From Klebsormidium nitens (taxonomy: Eukaryota > Plantae > Klebsormidiophyceae), in contig DF237099.1 in NCBI GenBank assembly GCA_000708835.1, positions 73,554 through 137,553 of the forward strand: a stretch of 64,000 nucleotides of DNA, in the 5' to 3' direction. Under the pieces are notes generated by a model. The model saw only the letters and a program-made list of their open reading frames with translations, ran no database searches and was not told the origin of the DNA. This document shows, one piece after another, positions 33,105 to 44,124 of the stretch. Made by a program: the position numbers and the translations under genes. Every line of letters begins with the position of its first letter. The stretch's first letter is position 1.

Positions 33105-35867
33105 ATGGCGTCAGGAAGTTCTGTGGCGCAGCCAGTCACCGGGCACGACACCGAGCACGACGAGGAAAACATTCCCGTTGCGCAGGCATTTATTCCAGGG
33201 GCCCAGCCTAGTTACCAGTACGCGCAGGCCACCCCGGTTGTTGCTCAACCGGTCGGAGGTCATCAGCAAGTGTACAGCGCCACTCCCGCCTACAATGCCA
33301 CTCCCGTAATAAGCTACCCCCAGTATGAAACCGGCAAGGTTCCGCCGACTCCTCCCACGCCCTACGTCCCAACGCCGTACAACAACTACGACCAAAGCGG
33401 CAAGCCGGTTGCGGCAGGAGCGTTGGCGCAGCAGTCGTCTCCGAAGATCCTGGGATTGCCAAAGAAGATCTTCTTCCTGATCCTGGGCCTGATTCTGTTG
33501 GTCATTGTGGGAGTTGGGGTTGGGGTGGGCGTGGCTGCGTCCGGTGGAGGGGACGATAAGTCGAGCGGGGCCAATAGCCCTCCGGGGCAGACGCCAGGTG
33601 AGGAGAGGTCTGCCGATGAGAATGCGGATAGACTTGCCTTGCGACAGGATCGTGACAGGTTTTGATGCTGAGCTGTGTGTCTTTAAGGAGACGTTTGTGA
33701 GGTGGCAAGATTGTGGCTTTCGACCAGAACATGGCTGATAAGCTTCCTTCAATGTCAGGCAATTCACATTGCCGCTCACAAAGAAAGGGCTTCAGATCCT
33801 CATGTTGATTGGGCAAGCGAGATAGGGTCAGGATGCATCGGCTCTCCAGACTTTCAACCGGATTCTCCATCCAGGTTGCAAATAGGAGCAGATCAGCATT
33901 GGACACGAGTTGCACCATAGAATCCCTAATCTCTTTTAAAAGATAGGCCTGCACCATCTTGCGGAGGAATTTACAGTAGCATTAAGAGTAGCGCCCTTCC
34001 CAGATTCAAATGTCACGGCGCTGCTAGCTAGTGGATCGTCGCGAAACTTCTTTCAAACTTTGCTTAGCCGTCATGCATCCGCCACTGCACCTAACATGCG
34101 AGTGAACCCCAAAATTTCATCCTTTCATGCGTTCCTAGCACATCGCATTATCAAAGAATCTGACCCGTTTCTGGTAGCCCTTAACTTCCTACTTGCTCTC
34201 TGCGAGTCCCCCACCAAACTCTGACTTTCCTCCCCCTGCAGTCAACCCCAGCTCGCCAGTCACCAACACCCCCCCTTCCCCCGGCAGTCCCGGCACGACT
34301 ATCACAACGACTCCCGGCAGCCCCCCCGACTCCATCCCCATCGTGACGATCGGAGGACCCGCCGCGCCTAGTTCTCCAACCACACCGAGCACTAACCCCA
34401 CCCCCCCCAGCACGACCCCCCAGCCCCCGAGTCCGGTGACAACTCCCAGCCCCCCCGCCAAAACGACCGCCCCGGCTCCCGCATCCTCGGTGACGTTCGG
34501 GACGTTGAGCGCGGACGGCCAGGCGCTGGTGACCGCGATCAATCAGGAACGGCAGAAGAAGGGGGTGTCGGCGCTCACGGTGAGGGACGCTACCTTGTCA
34601 TGACTTCTTCAGAGGCTGGTGTCGGGTTGAATCAGGGTGCAGATTGTTGTGATTGAGACCCTGCATTCCGGTTTTTCTCATGTATCATTTTTTTTTTTTT
34701 TTCAAAATGTTTCAAGAATTTTCTGGGATGCAAATGGATTAAAACAATTTGTTGGTAAAAAGGGCGGAGGTGGTTGGGCAACGTCCTTTTCAATCTGAAG
34801 ATTGGGACTAGTCCAAAGTTAGGCCGCAAAACAGCTGTGTTGTCAAACAGTACAAGGCCTGCCCAAGTGACCCAGCAACTTGCCACCAATTCTACTGTGG
34901 GCACTGATCCGTCGAGCTTTTTGTGTCGCGCTGGTGGGCATTGTTTTTGAAAGTTTCTCTCTTTGGCATTTGAAGTGAACAGCAGACATTGAGAAGGTGG
35001 TTCGATAGCGCTGTCCACTTGTTTCCCATACTGGAACCAAGATTGAAACAGCGCCGCTACTTCGCATCTTGGCCTTCACGTTTCTCGGGCACTGGACCAC
35101 CCGTCGAGAAAGGTCTGCTCTTTCAGTGTGGCTTGAGTGTCCAGAATACAATGGCGTCTTTCAAATGCAATGGCGATTGCAAGAAAAACGGACGATCTTA
35201 GTATCCACCATCACCAGTGAACTGGGTACTCTTGTTGGAATCGGTTAACAAGCTTTTGAACCCACAATTCAGATGGCAGGAGCTCAATCCAGCTCAAATT
35301 CAGCTTTTCCTTAGTCAAATCTGGTCACACTCAGGTCGTCTATCGGTTGTCCGTTCCAATACCTGTGTCTGCACTGCAAGTCCAACAATCGTTGTAGATG
35401 CTTTTTCAAAAGCATTGCTTTCATTGGGCGCTCAACCTGTGTGCTAACCTTTGACCCAGCTTGCGTTTACTACGTCAGTATCCTTTGCGCTAGGATTCTA
35501 GTTACGGATCCAAGCAAAGCTGACGTCATTCCCAAGTGTCATTCTGACACTTTGATCGTTTTTTCCCCAGGTCGATTCCACGCTGGTCTGCACGGCGCAG
35601 CGGCTGTCGCGGAGCAAAGGCGGGCTGACCAACCCGACGTGCAACTCGGAAGGTTTCCCCCTCATGACGCGCATCAACCAGTGCAGCGTCACGTTTGACG
35701 GCCAGATCAACCAGCTGACGGGGTGTGAATACTTCACGCCGTCATTCCAGGTGGATTCGTGGGCGTCCGACACGGACCTCTCCGAGGTTCTGCTGGACCC
35801 AACGTTCAAGTACGTGGGGGGAGACGGGTACCCCAACGGCAAGTTCTGGACCGCCATCTTTGCTTAA
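33105..35867 (+). CDS. Type II single-pass membrane protein with Pro/Thr stalk and C-terminal CAP/SCP-like domain, about 375 aa, 3 exons
   Basis: Exons 33105-33597, 34242-34579, 35571-35867 (1128 nt). P/Y/Q-rich N-terminus, KK then TM IFFLILGLILLVIVGVGVGVGVAA, a PTS-rich linker, then LVTAINQERQKKGVSALTVDSTLVCTAQ...W...LLDPTFKYVG...FWTAIF, the pattern of YkwD-type CAP domains. Confidence 0.8.
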
Positions 35868-35873
35868 CAAGGA

Positions 35874-35904
35874 GGGTTAGCGTACCGGGTTAGCGTACCG
35901 GGTT
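35874..35904. repeat. 13-bp tandem duplication just after the CAP gene stop codon
   Basis: gggttagcgtacc x2 followed by gggtt. Confidence 0.9.
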
Positions 35905-37291
35905 TGGACTTGGACGGAGGCACGTTGAAAGGCTGACGGCAGCAGAGTGCTGGATCTCCAGCCTCGCTTGAAGTGGAGGGTCAGCGAGTCGGGTGGGCGT
36001 GTTGAGACTGGTGGGGTTATAGTGCATGAAAAGGCCGATGGCAGCGGGGTAAGGCCTGCATTTTCGCACGCTAGCTAGGATGCGCAGCTTTGCATGCTAG
36101 CCAGCCTTCAGGTAGCAACGCCGTGAGCGTTCGGTGTGTTACACATCTTGGCACCCCGGCAGGATTTGGTGTGGAAGAGTACTATTGGCCATACTCTAGT
36201 CAAAGTTCGAGCGTGGGTAAAACCGTCTTGGGACATCTTATGGTCTCACTTTGCGTCGCACACTAGTCTGCCGTCTTACTAATGCTCGCTATAGGTGGTC
36301 TAGGACGAACATAGAGCACAACATTCCAACTCGAGAAGCAACAGCATTGCCATTTGAGTGGGTCTGAGTGCTCAGAACAATCTTTGTTACAAATTACACC
36401 ATGCGGATCATTCTTATTATTCCAAACTTCAGCTTTGGCAACCGAAAATTTCCAACTGATAGCCTGGCATGCCGATGGTGCACATGACATGCTGCCGTAT
36501 CGTTATGACGGTCCCTAGCGCCACATTGCGATCGAGTTCATAGACTTCAAGCTAGGTCATCTTGGAACGAAGAGGCATCGGCCGTCCCTTATAGCTAGGG
36601 CCGCATGCGGCGTATGTGGCATATGGCGATGCAAGAATTGCTGAAAGAGCTGATTTGTTTGTCACTGAGACTCACAGCAACTTCGCCTGCAATAACATGT
36701 CACTGAGACTAACAGCAACTTCGCTCAATAACATCCAAGATCCGCACCTAGTGCGCCAGCACAACTGCACGCGCACCTATACTCAGGCTGTCGCCGGAAT
36801 CCTCCTGGCCCCAATGCTTGATGCTATATCCATCCTAAGTGCATGAGTAGTTTGGATGCCTTGCAGTACTTTTTCGAAATATGATGAAGAGAACATCATG
36901 ACAAAGGGTGCATGATGGCACCCATGAAACTCCTTTTTAGAGGCTTGCTGCCGGGCTGGATATGTCCGAGGACCATACCGTGCTAGACGCCACGGGCACC
37001 GAATGCAAGCTCTCACGCTCTTCTTTCTCAAGAGCCGCCGGCCGATTTCAAGGACTGATTATCTAGTGCTTCGATGATCACATAAACGTGAAGTCACCGC
37101 AGCCCAAGTGACAGTTGTGCTTTCGCATATGTGCTCATGCTTTAAGAATCTTCACTTGCCGTTGACGTGAACTTGATCAACGTGAAACCGAGGCAAACTC
37201 AACCCGCAACTGTCAACGGCCGCCTCCAACATTGACAGGGACGACGTTGTGACACTGAGATAAACTTCTTTACTAAGGGTTACGCAACCGA

Positions 37292-40200
37292 TTACGTCAC
37301 GGTAAGAAGCTCTGCTTCTGTTACGGGGAAGCTGCCAATGTCGTGTCCCGCAACGGGGCGCAACCGTTTGGTCAGCCCGCTGGCGAGGCTCTCGGTACCG
37401 GCCCCCCGCCGCTGACAAAACTCGGCGATCTGCAAGTATGCGTTCAAATTCGAAGCCAGCTGAACCGATCCGAATAACTTACGTTCCCCAGACAATTGCC
37501 CAACCTCGGTCAGTAGATACTCAAAGCGAGGTTCAGTTTTGACTAGGTTCCGCCCAAACGGTGTTTTACCAGACTTTGAGTGATGTGTGTTAAGTCATAA
37601 AGAGATGTAGCCAGGCACTTTGCATTAAACGATTCATCCTGCCTGCGGAGTATTTCTTGCAACGAGGCAACATCTTCCAGTCCCTGCACTTGCTGCGCTT
37701 CCGTGGTTGGAAAATCTTCCTGGGGCTTTCAAGAGACTTGTTTCTCTCTGGTTTGACAGCGGCTTTTCCGGGAGCTCCTCAGGAACGTGCTTAGGGAGTC
37801 TTGGATTCAGGAAGGAGTGTTTCTTGCCCCTGTTTTTAACACCGGTGCTTAGCATAGAACGATGTACGGACAGTGTCTGAACGGGTAAGACAGTCGGCAG
37901 GCATAAGCACGCACTCTCAAGAGCATAGCGTATACCTCTAGAGCCATAGCGTACCTGCAGTGCCATAGCTCGGCCGCTCAACACCGCATCCTGCATGCTG
38001 GAGCCCAGCAGCCAGTCGCCGCAAATCCCGACCCGTCCCAGGGGGTCGAAAATACAAGGCACGCCCGGCGTATTCGTTGGCAACGCTGCCCCCCTGTAAG
38101 AATTCATCCGTTTCTCAATATGTTCCCTAAAAAGAGAGCAACGCCTCTTTGAAATGTCGATTGAAAGAAACGTTCTACGCAATGGAGACAGACTTCCGCT
38201 GTCGACGTCGCGCTTGGATTTACAGACCGCACAAAATCTAAACCTGACGCACAAGCAATGGTTACGTCGCAGATTACCGCAGGACATTCCCGACATTGAC
38301 GACGAGCAAACACCACCACCAACCAGATAGAGCCTGCTAGAGTTTCATACTAGTATCACCAAGATAGAAACAACGCGGATCACCACCATAGCGTATTGCT
38401 TTCATTGGGCAATTGAATGGAGTAACTGTTCGTCCCCTGGTGCAGCACTGGGCGCTCACCAAAGTTGCGTTTTGGTGAAGATCGGGGCCGGGAAAGTCCC
38501 CCGAGAGACGCCCCAGGCGTCTTCAAAGCCGTCGAGCATTTCCCGGGTGACCTTCGCGGCAACCGGGGCCGGCACAGCTTCCTACGCGGCACAATCCAAA
38601 GCACTCTGAGAAAAGTAACGAACTTTGAGATGTACTTTGCGCAGATGTACAGAAACCCGCATGAGAGACCCAGAAACCTTGGCTGCGGCTGAAATCGGCA
38701 CTGCTTCTTACATACAGCGTTAAACGCAGGACCTTTTTGCATCGTTCATGATCCTTTAGGCGAGCGCAGACCTGCACAAAGCTGCATGAGTCTTTAACTT
38801 AAGAGTGGGGTAGCAAGGCAAAGGGGGAGGCATCTGCGTCGTCTTTCGAACCAAGATTCCTAGCATCCTGTGGGTGAAGACGGCCTCGTGTGACCATACG
38901 CGAATGGACTTTGTTGTCGTTTCGTTGGCCCCACCTCCGTGGCTTCTACATGCACGTCTATCTCTTCTAGCTCCGAGCGACAGCCCAAAGCGCTTCCGGA
39001 AGTCCTGGCTTGCTCTTCGCCGAGGAGCGCTATGGAACGGAAAGTCTTGTATCCATGTGTGCCTGGGACCGGCCAAACTGGAGATATCGGCTGAATATCT
39101 TCCATGTCGAGCTCAGTCCTTGTACGTGCTCGCAGAGTTCGGTAACTTCGTAAACAAAGAACGTTCTTTTCAGTAACGGAGGCTTTCCACTTTGAACAAA
39201 GCTTAGAGACTTACTTAACCCGTCTCAAACCCACTCCTCACCTGGGGAACCTTGTTGTCCTTTCCGTAGCCCGCCGTGCTGAAGAGCGTCCAGCATTCCG
39301 GCCCGCTCCGCTTGAGCTTCCGGTTGTTGTTGCACGCCCACGAAACGGACGGAACGTCTTGTACGAACGCAGCGTCGATCTCGGGCGGGAGAGGCAGGGG
39401 CTTGTCGAAGGCGGCGAGCAGAGCCCAAATGGAGCTCAGGCGTAGACTCTGAAGCAGCCAGAAGGTAATAGTTGATAACGAAAAAGACGAGCTTAGACCG
39501 TAAGTTCTAGGAAACGGAAAGGAAACGGTTGGTGACAGAACGAGGAAGGCAGAACACGCGAGCTGTGGAGAGTTAGGGACTCGTCGTTGAGAAGACTTCA
39601 GGGAATATTGTTTGTGTTAAACAGAGTGTAAGCACTTATCGAGGGCCTTCATAGAGGCTAGAGCTTGCTGTGGCCATTCATGAGTGCGGCGTCACCTTCT
39701 CACTAGGTATTGTGAGCTGAGAACGGAAGACCGTATGCGCCCCTTGCATCTTCCTTTCAGTTCGCCATGAGCGATACTTTAGAACGCCAGCTTCAGTCGC
39801 CGGGTACGGGCCTTGGCAAATCTGCTGCCATCAGATGACAATATGAAAACGAGCGACAATGTTTGAATCGTTACTTGGCGCTGAGAGTCTGTGAGTGCGC
39901 GATCTACTCACCTTCATTTGAGCTGCAACTTCTGGGACCCCCGCTGGAGCTAAGAGCCGATTCGCACACTTCCCTGCACAAAGCCGGGTCGCATCAGTAC
40001 TGATTTCCGGAGAAGGGAATGCTACCCGTTGCATAATCAGTTCTCATCTACTCCTCTCTTGATTTCACACTCTGAGGTCACCAACACGTTGACAGTACAG
40101 GCGTGGTATCGGGCCGTTCTTATCGCAGGTTCGAGAATGCGAAAAGACAGCAAGTGAACGGTCGAACGCAATCTGGACCACTTCGTAAATAATTGGGAAG

Positions 40201-42359
40201 CGTCACAAAGCGAACAGACGCGACGTCGAAAGTGAGAGATCTGAAGCCCCAGAGCTTTTCAAGAGTCATTGGCACAATCTCGACGAATGCAGAAGAGGAA
40301 AGGAAAAAGGGACGAAGAAGATTTCAGCGAGACATTGACAGCTTTGAACTACACTCTGTAGAGTTCGCAGACCTCTTAGAAGGTAGCTCGCAAATCAAAT
40401 CTGAGCTTGTAATATCGACATTCCTACAGCTCATCAAATCCCTCGGCATCCAAACAGGGGGCAAGGCAGTAAGCTTTTCAATACAAACAGTTTGCTAGAG
40501 GCAGCAACCTAACCTACCGTTATGGGCAATCACAACAAAGTCGAAATCACCCTCGTGCCTTCCGTTTTCGCTTAGTCGCCATTTCCCCCCGCTGGGCTCC
40601 ATTCGGCTAACCCAACATGGGCGACGAGTTTGCGCTAACCCCTGCCGCACCTGCCAAAGACAACTTCGCTTCAGCTTTTGCACGCAGGAAACGATGGAAG
40701 AGAAAACATCACTTCGTCAAAATATGAACAGAAGCAAGGGCGTCCCCTGCTTGTAAACATATGCAGGATAAACCTGACGAGACTCAGAAAGCGTTGCCGA
40801 ACGGAAAGAAGTTTGGTCGATGCGAGCTTGTTCCATGGAGAGTATGTTTCCAGCATGTCACATCGCTGGCCAGGAAATGTTGCACACCTTCGCAAGCTGA
40901 ACCAGATTTTCTGGCTATGCAGCTCTGGAACGGAGAAATGTCACTGCCACCTCACCATGTAATCAGAAACGAAGAAAACGGAGACAGAAGGTGCTTTGAG
41001 GGCAAGGAAAAAACGAAACATTTGCATCATGGAAGGGAGGAAACGCCCCACCTTTTCTCCCAGTCGATCTGCAAGCCCCATCATGCCATCGACCCCCAGA
41101 TACTTCGGCTGCTCCCCAGGCAGCGGTGTGAATTGTCCTCTTTTCAGGTTCCCCACTGACCCATCCCAAACCCGCACTAACCCCTCTGCTTCCCACTGAT
41201 CTACCATCTTTTGAACAATGGGGTCTGAAACCGTGAAGTACTGCGCAGCGTGGTCGAAAACTAGAGACTGGCCGCCTGGGGTGCTGATGTGTCTCGTGGC
41301 GAGACGGCCCCCGAGACCGCGCTTGCCCTGAGAGTAGAGTCAGGAGCGATACGTTAAGCCTGCAAATCATTTTCTCAGGAAGGGCGATTAGTGCATTTCA
41401 GACGAACAATCCTCGGCAAGCTGCTTCTAATCTTCGGTCTCAATCATTGTTGGTCATTGACTGTTCACAAGCGGGAGAACAAGGGGAACATATGCAGGGG
41501 CATGATAAGTTTGGCTTGTGAAGTCGGCTGCTGCGAACACTTCAAGCGTCAACATGCCCCTGACTGACTCAAGGGACACCTTATCATCTCATGAAGAGGA
41601 AGTCTCAGCTAGACCTCATCAAGAGATCACTGACTGCGGCTTTGTCAAGAGTCTTTCAGAGAACCCTTCCGTGATAGAAGCCCCCTTATACTACTGTTTT
41701 GTGGAATGCATCCTTTCTTTGAACGCTCCTCCAATAGTACTCCTAAGATGGTGTGGTATGTTTATTGGATCCCTCACCGTGTCAAAGACCGTCGACCGGA
41801 CCCCCTGGTCAGACAACACCTGTGCGCATATCAGCCCCGATAAGCCCCCCCCAATGATTGCCACTGAGGCATCCTCCGGGACCTCCCCTTTGAATACCGT
41901 CCGTTGCTTTTCCGTTCTAGGTGGTGGTTTGCCATTCTGCGATGGGGGCCTTGGGCCTCTCCCTGCGTCTGATTTGCGCCACACATCTCGTGTTCTAGGC
42001 AGACTCCTGCTCTGCCCCGGTGAGTTTCTCCCTCTCTCTATTTCTTTGCCTGGACTCCCCTTTGAGGATTCACGGGTCTGCCCGGATGATGGTTGTTGAG
42101 TGTCACCTTCCGGCAGCCCAGACACCGCGTTTGCTCCATGTAAAGGGGATGTGTTTGAACAACTTTGTGTCGGCCTGCCACCTGCTGGCATCCTCAACCT
42201 TGGAACTGATGTCTTTTGATTCCGAAAACGATACACGATTCGAGGGCCACAAACCTGCGTGCTGAAAGTAGAAATTTGTTGATGAGAAGCATTGATATGT
42301 TCCAACACTCCCACCTTGCAAGCGCCGCTTCTGAGCAAGGGCGCTCGCAGAGCCTGCAT
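37292..42359 (-). CDS. Renalase-like FAD/NAD(P)-binding oxidoreductase (AT3G04650-like), probably organelle-targeted, about 552 aa, 8 exons
   Basis: Exons 42359-41778, 41327-41052, 40650-40518, 39973-39912, 39448-39242, 38581-38460, 38093-37955, 37429-37292 (1659 nt). Motifs VAIIGGGLSGL, GGRLATR, FDHAAQYFT, VVIAHNGKCANRLL, QLWGAALP and GICGDW. The start and exon 1 structure are less certain. Confidence 0.85.
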
Positions 42360-43363
42360 CTTGTCAGCAAGCACAATGCATCTCGAACTTTCACCGGGTT
42401 CTCTGCAATGCCGTCCTCACATTGAAGGAGCTGCTATTAAAGCACGTCCAGACGCCAGTGGCAAAGATTCTGTGCAGAGACACAGGGCAGACGGATGACG
42501 TTCTGCACAGCGCACATAACACCACCATGATCCATGAATGCTCATCTTCTGTTGCAGCAAATCTGGTGTTCAAACCACGCCCGGGCAGAGAGTACTGCTT
42601 TGAAATTAACGTCAAATTCACTTGTATATTGCCATTTTGGCTGATCGTCCTTTAACATCCATAAGGGCCTAGCTTTAAACTGCGGCTAGCTAATTGAAAC
42701 GCGGAATACCGCGCGTAGACCTGTTGCCAGTTGGTACCGTATACGGGGCAAAATCAGGCAGATACCGTACCAGGGTACCTCAAGTCCGGGTTTTGGCAAT
42801 AATATTGCCTTGTTTTTGCCTGGGCGAGTTGGGGGCCTGTTATGCATAAGGGGTCCGCGTTATCGTCCGGTCGTGCCCGGGAGTAGTATTGGGGACAGCC
42901 TGGTGGCCGGTCCCGACTTGCAGTTACTAGCGGACGTTCCCGGTTCGATAACTCTAGATGTCCCGCCGTGTCAAGCTGTGATTTGATTCAGACCTCCTGC
43001 TCGTAGAGGGGCTAGCTAGCTGATAGAGAAGCCTCAACTTAACCGTCGGCCTGACTGAATTTGGTCAATGGATGTCAAAGGGGTGCGCTACTGTGATTGG
43101 CTCGGTTCACGTGCAGGTCCGTCGATGAAAGCACGCGTACGGCTGCATGTCGGTGCTTGGCGAGAAGCGATCCCCTTGCGCGCCCTCCGACCCCTTCCCA
43201 ACCAATTCTCTGCCGAAGAATTTCCGGTGTGAAAACAGTTCTGAAAGATTACAGATTGGTTAAAAGAGTCTACTGGAGAGTCGAGGGTAAATACACAAGT
43301 TTTCTAGGATATGACACCATGGTATCTGAGCTTAGGCTCATGCAGGTGTCGACTGCAGCATGA

Positions 43364-43700
43364 TAGGGTGGTCACATTTGTATCCTCGGAAAGTCGGCGC
43401 ACCGACCCCAAGGGTGCGCACCGACCCTAGAAAGCCACTTCGGTCATATTTGCTTTTGGGGCCACTCGACCCGACGGCTAAAACTTCCCGTAATTTGCGG
43501 TCTCGAGTCTCGACGGTAGATTGTGCGCACCCACCCTAGAAACTTTTTCGGAGGTCCGGGATCGGTCGCCCCCACCCTAGAAATGTTGCGACCCCGAACC
43601 TTAGCTAGGGCGGAATTTCCGCCCCGAGGGTGGAATTTCCACCCCGAGGGTCGGAATTCCGGCCCCAAGGGTCGTCGCGACCTCAAATGTGACCACCCTG
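43364..43700. mobile_element. 337-bp non-autonomous DNA transposon (MITE), hAT-like termini
   Basis: TIR (T)AGGGTGGTCACATTTG at 43364-43380 vs CAAATGTGACCACCCT(G) at 43684-43700, a 16-bp perfect match. Subterminal repeats gcgcaccgaccc/ccaccctagaaa and three palindromes gggcggaatttccgccc, gggtggaatttccaccc, ggtcggaattccggcc. No intact TSD is visible. Confidence 0.75.
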
Positions 43701-44124
43701 TCACTGCTTTGAATCTGATCCTGGGCCCTGGATGGCCATCATTCTACATCGTATTAGTTGACACCGAGTCTTGCCCAGTGTCCCGGAGCGAGAGGCCAGC
43801 GTCTCTGCTACCGGGGTCGCGCTGCTTGGCGCAGGCTCCAGATTTCCATAGTGTCATCTTGCATGTGGTCCCCCGAGCACCCCAGTGCTCCCTACGACAG
43901 GTTACAGTGTCGCAGCCCCATGCCTTTGATGGGTACGGGCTTATGAGAAGATAACATTCTGAAGTTTGAGCTTCGCAGAATTTGGGATTCAGGCATCTGG
44001 CCGTGCAGCAGGGGACGAAGCTTACGGCAGCAGGGACGGTGAAGAGCGCCTTGGACACTGTGCAGATTGCAGCAAAGTCGACTCGCAGGAAGATCCAGTG
44101 GTTGCACACCTCTTAGGAGGGATC

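Noticed and set aside
34688-34702. T15 run as a retroposon poly(A) tail
   Set aside because: No TSD or recognisable SINE/LINE body.
42876-42960. tRNA-like look (gcccgg start, GGTTCGA)
   Set aside because: No pairing T-stem, anticodon stem or acceptor stem could be built.
43361-43703. Solo LTR (TG...CA ends)
   Set aside because: No 4-6 bp TSD; the long TIR and subterminal repeats fit a DNA-transposon MITE better.
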